Origin: a virus
DNA length: 44,597 bases
Reading direction: 5' to 3' (one strand)
Virus record (IMG/VR): IMGVR_UViG_3300029996_000048
Location: 1-44,597 of that record
Part shown: piece by piece, positions 15,589-21,109 of the stretch
Numbering within the stretch: the first letter of the stretch is position 1
Layout: the number at the start of each line of letters is the position of its first letter
Notes under the pieces: model-generated
Database searches by the model: none
What the model was told of the DNA's origin: nothing
What the model saw: the letters and a program-made list of their open reading frames with translations, nothing else
Program-made: the position numbers and the translations under genes

Positions 15589-16716
15589 ATGGCGAATTGC
15601 ATCAAATGTAAAGCAGCGCTGCCGGATGGCGCGCTGTTTTGTCCTATGTGCGGCAAAAAGCAAGCATCTGTCGACCGAAAAGCCACAAAGCGCGGCAACG
15701 GGACGGGGACGGTCTATAAGCGCGGCTCTTCATGGGTAGCAGAAATCACAAAAGGCTATCGTGAAGAGGACGGCAAGCTGACCCGTGTGAAAGCAAAAAA
15801 ATGCGGCTTCCGCACAAAACGAGAAGCCTTAGAATATATTCCTATGCTGCGGACGCAAAAGCCCCGTGAAAAGGATATCACTTGGCGCAAGGCATATGAG
15901 CTTTGGTTCCCAACGCATCGCGCCGACAAGTCCACGCTGAATTGCTACGCCGCTGCCGAAAAGTATTTTGCACCGATCGAATTTATGAAGCTGGCCGCGG
16001 TCGAGATTGATGACATTCAAGAATGCATTGATGACTGCCCGCGCGCCAAACAGACGAAAAAGAATATGCGCACCGTGTGCAGCCTGATCTACAAGTATGC
16101 CGTTCCGCGCGGATACGCCCCTATGAGTATGGCCCCATATCTCACCGTCACCGGCGAAAACGCCGCGCCGCGCGCGAGCTTTGATGCCGACCAGATCGAG
16201 AAGATAAAAGAGGCGTGCGGCGTGATTCCATACGCCGACTATATCTACTGCATGTGTTACCTCGGCTTCCGCCCTACAGAATTTCTCGGCCTGTCGATTG
16301 ATACCTACGACAAGAAAGAAAAGGTGCTTCGCGCTGGTATCAAGACCGAAGCGGGCAAGAATAGAACCGTCACGATATCACCCAAGATTCAGCCCATCAT
16401 AGACCGGCTGTCAAAAGATAAGATATCCGGCGCGCTATTCTGTAACGAAGAGGGGAAAGCGTTCAGGTATGACTATTTCCGCGACGAGGTTTTCTATCCC
16501 ACATTAAAGGCAATCGGCATCGACAATCCAATCGAAAACAAGCGGCACAAGTATTCCCCCCATACATGCCGTCATACGTTCGCAACGCTGATGAAAAACA
16601 TTCAGGCGTCGGACAAGGACAAGCTCGAACTGATCGGTCATGCAAGTCCTGAAATGCTGCGCTATTATCAGGATGTCAACCTGACAGACCTCCGAAAAAT
16701 CACAGATGCGATATAG
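15589..16716 (+). CDS. int: tyrosine integrase with N-terminal zinc ribbon
   Basis: CIKCKAALPDGALFCPMCG; C-terminal HTCRHTFATLM...LIGHASPEMLRYY (R-H-R-Y catalytic pattern). Adjacent to attP. Confidence 0.9.
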   Translation: MANCIKCKAALPDGALFCPMCGKKQASVDRKATKRGNGTGTVYKRGSSWVAEITKGYREEDGKLTRVKAKKCGFRTKREALEYIPMLRTQKPREKDITWRKAYELWFPTHRADKSTLNCYAAAEKYFAPIEFMKLAAVEIDDIQECIDDCPRAKQTKKNMRTVCSLIYKYAVPRGYAPMSMAPYLTVTGENAAPRASFDADQIEKIKEACGVIPYADYIYCMCYLGFRPTEFLGLSIDTYDKKEKVLRAGIKTEAGKNRTVTISPKIQPIIDRLSKDKISGALFCNEEGKAFRYDYFRDEVFYPTLKAIGIDNPIENKRHKYSPHTCRHTFATLMKNIQASDKDKLELIGHASPEMLRYYQDVNLTDLRKITDAI

Positions 16717-16723
16717 TTTCCTC

Positions 16724-16743
16724 GTTACCCCCTTGTTACCCCC
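16724..16743 (+). repeat. attP arm-type repeats GTTACCCCC x2 (P arm)
   Basis: gttaccccc at 16724-16732 and 16735-16743. Confidence 0.5.
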
Positions 16744-16801
16744 ATCGAGCGATTTTCCGTTGATATTCCGTCACTTTTCGGTGACTGGGGGTCAAGAGGC
16801 C

Positions 16802-16829
16802 GTGAGTTCAAGTCTCGCCACTCGGACCA
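16802..16829 (+). other. 3' fragment of a tRNA gene (T-arm, acceptor 3' strand, discriminator A, CCA) = probable attP core
   Basis: GTGAG-TTCAAGT-CTCGC, then CACTCGG-A-CCA at canonical spacing. No matching 5' acceptor strand (CCGAGTG) or anticodon arm upstream. Confidence 0.65.
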
Positions 16830-16834
16830 AGAAA

Positions 16835-16867
16835 AACCTCGAAACCGTTGTGGTTCCGAGGTTTTTT
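16835..16867 (+). terminator. rho-independent terminator downstream of the tRNA fragment
   Basis: AACCTCGAAACC-GTTGT-GGTTCCGAGGTT (11 of 12 pairs) followed by TTTTT. Confidence 0.6.
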
Positions 16868-16919
16868 CATATTTAGACTATTCTAGCAAATTCTCGATTA
16901 TGCCCAATATTTCTATCTT

Positions 16920-16940
16920 GTTACCCCCGCAGTTACCCTC
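16920..16940 (+). repeat. attP arm-type repeats GTTACCCCC / GTTACCCTC (P' arm)
   Basis: gttaccccc at 16920-16928 and gttaccctc at 16932-16940, same orientation as the P-arm copies. Confidence 0.5.
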
Positions 16941-16944
16941 GCAT

Positions 16945-16979
16945 AAAAGGCCTCTACCAATTGTGGGCAGAGGCCTTTT
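16945..16979. terminator. bidirectional hairpin terminator closing the accessory cassette
   Basis: AAAAGGCCTCT-13 nt-AGAGGCCTTTT, with A-run and T-run flanks. Confidence 0.7.
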
Positions 16980-17009
16980 GGCTAATAGTGCATCATTTTT
17001 TAGGATCGC

Positions 17010-17321
17010 TCATCCCTCGCGAAACATCCCTTGCATCGTCCGAACCTCGGCAGCTCTCTCGATCTGCTTCCTGTGCAGATAGTCATAGAGACACTTCATG
17101 CCCTCGGGCGGCTCGCCCTTCTCCTGCTTGTACTTCTGGATGACGCCAGCGACCTCGGCGTGGAGCATCGTCATGTGATGCATCTCTTCGCCGGAAAGCT
17201 CGTAAAACGTCTTCGCAAGAGCAGGGCATTCATCCTTGTATTCGAGGGCGCATTTCGCGTACTTCATCGCGTCCTCGATTTCCTCGTCGACCATCGCCGA
17301 CAGTTTTTCAATGAGTTTCAT
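17010..17321 (-). CDS. ferritin-like/four-helix-bundle-like small protein
   Basis: GAGGAAG RBS before the ATG at 17321 (the ORF is open to 17351). EIEDAMKY...ELSGEEMHHMTMLHAE resembles E...ExxH di-iron-type helices. Confidence 0.4.
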   Translation of the reverse strand: MKLIEKLSAMVDEEIEDAMKYAKCALEYKDECPALAKTFYELSGEEMHHMTMLHAEVAGVIQKYKQEKGEPPEGMKCLYDYLHRKQIERAAEVRTMQGMFREG

Positions 17322-17414
17322 TTTCTTCCTCGCTTTCTGCAGCTTCGACATTATTTATGGCATTAGCAAATAGCAGCAAAATTATCCCGAGCAGCAGAGC
17401 ATCTGAATCGTCGT

Positions 17415-17813
17415 TCACAGTTTTTCGACCGTGACCGCAAGGTTGTTGACGACCGATGCTACGCCGTCGAGCGCCAGCGACAGAAGAGAGCCGTCACAGC
17501 CGCAGGCGTTACGGATAATAGCTGTAATAGTGAGGTTTGCCACGCCGTTTGCTGCGACCGTCTGAGCTGCCGTAGCGCCGATGATGGCGACGCCGTCCTT
17601 CTGTGCGGTCAGGCTGACCGTACCGGCAGCCGTGGGTGCGACTGTCGCGCTGACATTGACAAGGTAATATCCCTGCCCACACAGTGTAATCGCGTTGCCG
17701 TCCTGACGGATGTTGCAGCCATAGCGGCGCGTCGTCGAGCCGACCGGCACGATGCCGCCGGCCGCAACGGTGGGATTGCTGACGTTGGTCGTGTAAATTG
17801 CAGACTTGCTCAT
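17415..17813 (-). CDS. BclA C-terminal-domain-like (C1q/TNF jelly-roll) protein without a collagen stalk
   Basis: 132 aa. The pattern GGIVPVG...GNAITLCGQGYYLVNVSATV...SLTAQKDGVAIIGA...LTITAIIRNAC...LAVTVEKL matches the BclA-CTD strand pattern as I remember it. TAGGAGGG RBS. Confidence 0.5.
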   Translation of the reverse strand: MSKSAIYTTNVSNPTVAAGGIVPVGSTTRRYGCNIRQDGNAITLCGQGYYLVNVSATVAPTAAGTVSLTAQKDGVAIIGATAAQTVAANGVANLTITAIIRNACGCDGSLLSLALDGVASVVNNLAVTVEKL

Positions 17814-17827
17814 ATTTTTACCCTCCT

Positions 17828-17866
17828 AAAAAATTAAAAAGCGGAGCAGCTGTTGCCGCCCCGCTT
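17828..17866 (-). terminator. rho-independent terminator/attenuator between cassette genes
   Basis: Minus RNA forms AGCGGGGCGG...CTGCTCCGCT (with G-U pairs) followed by TTTTTAATTTTTT. The RBS of the next gene follows immediately. Confidence 0.6.
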
Positions 17867-17884
17867 GCCTCGCCGAATAGGGCG

Positions 17885-18493
17885 TCAAATGTTGCCGTTT
17901 CCGCAACCGCAGCCACAGAACGGGGAGTTGCCCGCGCTGTAGGTGTAGCCGCTGGGATAGCGAACGACACCGCACATCTGCTCGCGCAGATAGAGTTGGT
18001 TGTTGGCCTGCTCAAGCTGTGCGATGCGGCCTTCGAGCTGGCTCTTTTCGAGCGCTGCGAATTTAGCGTCGATGTTGGCGTTGATGGCGTCAAGGCCGCG
18101 CTGCGTGGTGCAGCAGCAGTCTGCCATCTGGCGCTGGATGTCGTTGCCGGTCTGCATGATGGCCATGTTCGTGCCGTTCTGTGCGAGCGCGACCTCCTTG
18201 CCCAGCTGACCGATGCCGCCCTGCATCTCGTAGCCGAGATTGCAGATGCCGTTGCCGATGTTGGTCAAGCGGTCGTTCAGCTGGCCAAACTGCTGGCCGA
18301 AAAGGATCTCCTGCTGCGACGCAGCCGTGGCGTACTGGCCAAACTCGCCCTGGCGATTCCATCCGTTGCCGCCAAAGCCGAACATGAAGAGGAAGAGCAC
18401 GACAATGAGGAACCAACCGGAACCCCAGCCGTTCTCATCGTTCGCACCGCGGGTGACCGCGGCGATATCGCTGAGAGACATACCACTATCCAT
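17885..18493 (-). CDS. membrane protein with Q/N-rich coiled region and Cys clusters (unknown family)
   Basis: GGAAGGAG RBS. TM GWFLIVVLFLFMFGFGG, CCC at MADCCCTTQ, C-terminal CGCGCGNGNI. Confidence 0.6.
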   Translation of the reverse strand: MDSGMSLSDIAAVTRGANDENGWGSGWFLIVVLFLFMFGFGGNGWNRQGEFGQYATAASQQEILFGQQFGQLNDRLTNIGNGICNLGYEMQGGIGQLGKEVALAQNGTNMAIMQTGNDIQRQMADCCCTTQRGLDAINANIDAKFAALEKSQLEGRIAQLEQANNQLYLREQMCGVVRYPSGYTYSAGNSPFCGCGCGNGNI

Positions 18494-18545
18494 GTGTCAA
18501 AACTCCTTCCTGAAAGATTTTATAAATAAACCGTTGCGCACCGGC

Positions 18546-18761
18546 TTATTTCAGAAATTGCATGAACTCCTTTGCCTGCTCTTGGAGCTGCTGGAACTGA
18601 GCCTGAGACATCTGCCCGGACTGCAAAAGTCTTTCGACTTCCTGCTGCGCTTTCTGGGGCGTCACGCCTCGCGCAAACTTGCGAAATTCTCCCAACATCG
18701 CAAGAGGGTTATTTGGTCTTCTGCTGCTTCTCTGCAGCATCTGCATCATCGGATTTGGCAT
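18546..18761 (-). CDS. small Gln-rich protein
   Basis: GGAGG lies 9 nt before the ATG at 18761. 71 aa. Overlaps the 3' end of the upstream gene by 53 nt. Confidence 0.45.
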   Translation of the reverse strand: MPNPMMQMLQRSSRRPNNPLAMLGEFRKFARGVTPQKAQQEVERLLQSGQMSQAQFQQLQEQAKEFMQFLK

Positions 18762-19101
18762 TGAGTATTTCCTCCAATCTCTTCACGCGGTTTTCAAGAC
18801 TGTTGACGTCTACCGGCGCAGCCGCATGATACGGTGCGACTGTGTACGGCGTAACGGTGGCATACCCCGCACCGTCCGTTTGTTTGAGCCAGACAATGGG
18901 GTCGTTCTCATCCATCAGCAAAATAGAGCTGTTCGGAGCGAGCCTGAACGCCTCTGCGCCGTTTCTCCCGTTCACGCGGGTAATTTGACCCGCGAACGCC
19001 TGCATCGCTCCTGCGCCGTTCTGTGGGCCTGCAGGGGCATATCCACCGTAGGGGTTATACCCCATCGGCTGGGGCTGATAAGGATTGCCAAAGTATCCCA
19101 T
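18709..19101 (-). CDS. protein with P/Q/G/Y-rich N-terminus and globular core (unknown family)
   Basis: AAAGGAGGTG RBS before the ATG at 19101. MGYFGNPYQPQPMGYNPYGGYAPAGPQ...RVNGRNGAEAFRLAPNSSILLMDENDPIVWLKQTDGAGY... Confidence 0.6.
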   Translation of the reverse strand: MGYFGNPYQPQPMGYNPYGGYAPAGPQNGAGAMQAFAGQITRVNGRNGAEAFRLAPNSSILLMDENDPIVWLKQTDGAGYATVTPYTVAPYHAAAPVDVNSLENRVKRLEEILNAKSDDADAAEKQQKTK

Positions 19102-19130
19102 GCGCGCACCTCCTTTGTTGCTCTCATGGT

Positions 19131-19160
19131 ACAAAAAAACAGGCCCCCCAAAGTGCCTGT
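19131..19160 (-). terminator. terminator-like hairpin inside the leader of the accessory cassette
   Basis: Minus RNA forms ACAGGC-10 nt-GCCTGT followed by TTTTTTT, about 30 nt upstream of the cassette RBS. Confidence 0.5.
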
Positions 19161-19264
19161 AAAGTGTATGCAAAGTGCGTCGGAAAATGTCGAATGATTC
19201 TGCTTGCGTTTTTGCTCGAAAAATGGTATTTTGTGCTTACAGGTCGATCCTGGCCTGCCTTTTC

Positions 19265-19311
19265 ACAAAAAAGAAACGGCCCTTACCAAATGGAAAGGCC
19301 GTTTCTTTTTT
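19265..19311. terminator. strong bidirectional terminator ending the late/lysis transcription unit
   Basis: AAGAAACGGCC-15 nt-GGCCGTTTCTT (11-bp stem) with A-run and T-run flanks. Overlaps the stop of 19283..19543. Confidence 0.8.
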
Positions 19312-19543
19312 CATATAGTTCAGATGCAATTTTATGATACGCGCGGCGGCGGTATTTTTTCACCGCATCGACAGAGAGATTTCTTTCAAATGCAACTTGC
19401 ACACAACTCTTGCGCCGCACGTCGCACTCGATGATGCACGCCGCCTCGTCATCTGGTAACTCAAATGACAGGATATACGCCACGGCCCGCTTGGGAGCCA
19501 TAGAGGATAATTGCGCACGGATAGACCTGTGCTGACTGTTCAT
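19283..19543 (-). CDS. sigma-70 region-4-like / DUF1492-like small transcription factor
   Basis: ACIIECDVRRKSCVQVAFERNLSVDAVKKYRRRAYHKIASEL looks like a region-4 HTH. Start uncertain: ATG 19543 has no SD; the alternative is GTG 19618. Confidence 0.45.
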   Translation of the reverse strand: MNSQHRSIRAQLSSMAPKRAVAYILSFELPDDEAACIIECDVRRKSCVQVAFERNLSVDAVKKYRRRAYHKIASELYEKRNGLSIW

Positions 19544-19620
19544 GCCCGTGTAGGGCTTGCAGAGGCGCTTGCGCGTGGGCTTTCGCCGCCCGCTCCTTCC
19601 CGTGCCCAAATCGGACACCG

Positions 19621-20229
19621 TTATTTTGTCGCTCTCTGGATCATCGTCACGGCTTCCTGCCGCGTGATAAGCCCCTGCGGGGCGCTGCCGTCCGTGATGC
19701 CTGCTGCCTTTGCCGCCGCCCAGTCCTTCGCTGCCCACGTGGAGACGGGTTTGGTGCGCAGCTGCGTAAGGTAAGTATCCATCATCTTGTTAAACGTTGC
19801 CTGATCCATGTACTCCTCCATTTCTGGCGGATACTTCCCCGCCAAGATCATGCTCCCTGTGTGTTTGAGGTGGTTGTCCCACTGGAAATGCGGGCGGTCG
19901 GGGAATTTCTTCCAGTCGCCCCCCCACGAAAAGCCGACCTGCTTGCCGATCTGCCCGCAGCGGGCGAAAAACGTCGGATCGTCGTACTCATGCCCCTTGA
20001 CGTTTTTGCAGATATCGAACGCCAAACCCGCCTTGACGCCGTGGAACGTCGGGCGCGTCGCGGTCTTTGCCGCGTAGCCGTTCGAGGCAAGATAGCGCTG
20101 GTACTCGTCATCTCGTACTGTCTCGGTCACAAGCACCGGAAGTCCCGCCTCCTTGCAGAGGTCGAGGAAAATGACGCAGTTTGCACGCACGTCCGCCCGC
20201 AGGTCAGCAATGTCCCTACTGTGATACAT
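19621..20229 (-). CDS. endolysin: M15/VanY-type peptidase with C-terminal SLH-like module
   Basis: FHGVKAGLAFD and WGGDWKKFPDRPHFQW (M15_4-like motifs). C-terminal WAAKDWAAAKAAGITDGSAPQGLITRQEAVTMIQR resembles one SLH repeat. Confidence 0.8.
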   Translation of the reverse strand: MYHSRDIADLRADVRANCVIFLDLCKEAGLPVLVTETVRDDEYQRYLASNGYAAKTATRPTFHGVKAGLAFDICKNVKGHEYDDPTFFARCGQIGKQVGFSWGGDWKKFPDRPHFQWDNHLKHTGSMILAGKYPPEMEEYMDQATFNKMMDTYLTQLRTKPVSTWAAKDWAAAKAAGITDGSAPQGLITRQEAVTMIQRATK

Positions 20230-20461
20230 CGCTGTCACCCTTGCCGTCCTCGTCCTTGCTTTTGTTGTAGCTGGACGTCGACACACCGATGAGCGCGCCG
20301 ATAAACAGCGCCACAGCACTGATGGTGGTCGTCACCTGCTCGGTGTAGCCCCAACCCCACACGCCCGCGAGGGCGGCGTACAGGCCGCTGCACGCGGGCA
20401 GTACGATGAGCACGAGCCACTTGAGCACATCGTACACCTTGTTACTCATTTCAAACTTCAT
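20216..20461 (-). CDS. holin (phi LC3/LL-H-like)
   Basis: AAAGGAGAAGG RBS. MKFEMSNKVYDVLKWLVLIVLPACSGLYAALAGVWGW..., two TM segments, immediately upstream of the endolysin. Confidence 0.7.
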   Translation of the reverse strand: MKFEMSNKVYDVLKWLVLIVLPACSGLYAALAGVWGWGYTEQVTTTISAVALFIGALIGVSTSSYNKSKDEDGKGDSDVSQ

Positions 20462-20699
20462 TGTCCTTCTCCTTTCGTTTTCGTCCAACGATAATTTCCA
20501 CCAGTGTCAGAAGCCCGGTAAAGGCTTCAATGATGCCGCCCGTACCCAGTAGATACGGGAAGATGTTGTCCCACTGCCACCCCTTAATGCTGTAAAAGAT
20601 GACCGTGTAGATCACAAAAGCGGCGATGAAAATGCCAACGATAATCAAAATGGTGTTCCTCGTTCGCAATTTCGATGCCTTTTTGATAAGGCGCTTCAT
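20451..20699 (-). CDS. second holin-like two-TM membrane protein
   Basis: ATG at 20699 in ATGA overlap. TM segments ILIIVGIFIAAFVIYTVIFY and GGIIEAFTGLLTLVEIIV. Confidence 0.55.
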   Translation of the reverse strand: MKRLIKKASKLRTRNTILIIVGIFIAAFVIYTVIFYSIKGWQWDNIFPYLLGTGGIIEAFTGLLTLVEIIVGRKRKEKDNEV

Positions 20700-20998
20700 C
20701 CGACCGCCCCACTCAGCAGCCACGCGATAAACGCACCCGCCAGCACCGCGAGGGCCTTGTCGACCAGACTGTCCCAACGTTTCCCCGCCTTGCCCGTGAT
20801 GGCTTTCACGTCCTCTTTGATCTCCTTGACGTCGCCCTCAACGGTCTCCTGCTTGGTCGCCAGCACTTCGACCGACGTTGCCAGCCTGTCAAGCGCCGTC
20901 TGGTGCTCCTGCAACTCATTGATTCGATGCGTATTGCTCTTGCACCTGCTTTCAATCAGCGCGATCTCTGCGTCATCGTAGTGCTTTGCATTATCCAT
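20696..20998 (-). CDS. xhlA: XhlA-like protein (coiled coil plus C-terminal TM)
   Basis: 100 aa. N-terminal coiled coil, C-terminal ALAVLAGAFIAWLLSGAVG. First gene of the lysis cassette. Confidence 0.6.
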   Translation of the reverse strand: MDNAKHYDDAEIALIESRCKSNTHRINELQEHQTALDRLATSVEVLATKQETVEGDVKEIKEDVKAITGKAGKRWDSLVDKALAVLAGAFIAWLLSGAVG

Positions 20999-21071
20999 TT
21001 TTCACGCCCCCTTATTTTTATGGTGTTCTCCATTGAGCCTATCATGCCGCCTCCGCAAATTCACCACGGGG

Positions 21072-21103
21072 CAAAAGAACCTGCCGGTGATCCGACAGGT
21101 TCT
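21072..21103 (-). terminator. rho-independent terminator after the giant structural gene
   Basis: Minus RNA forms AGAACCTGTCGG-ATCA-CCGGCAGGTTCT followed by TTTTG. Confidence 0.7.
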
Positions 21104-21109
21104 TTTTCT

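Noticed and set aside
15063-15698. 211-aa minus-strand ORF overlapping the HTH-TM gene and the integrase start
   Set aside because: It is antisense to two plus-strand genes that have clear RBSs and domain signatures. It has no RBS and an implausible sequence.
16771-16829. Possible complete tRNA gene (hairpin gtcac-ttttcg-gtgac upstream of the T-arm)
   Set aside because: The upstream hairpin has a 6-nt loop and cannot be fitted as an anticodon arm. There is no D-arm and no 5' acceptor strand complementary to CACTCGG. Only the 3' portion is tRNA-like, consistent with an attP core.
16871-16879. atttagact near attP as a fourth copy of the TTAGAC operator
   Set aside because: It shares only the TTAGAC(T) core, lacks the CTAA half of the palindrome, and has no promoter nearby. 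It is too short to distinguish from chance without a genome-wide motif count.
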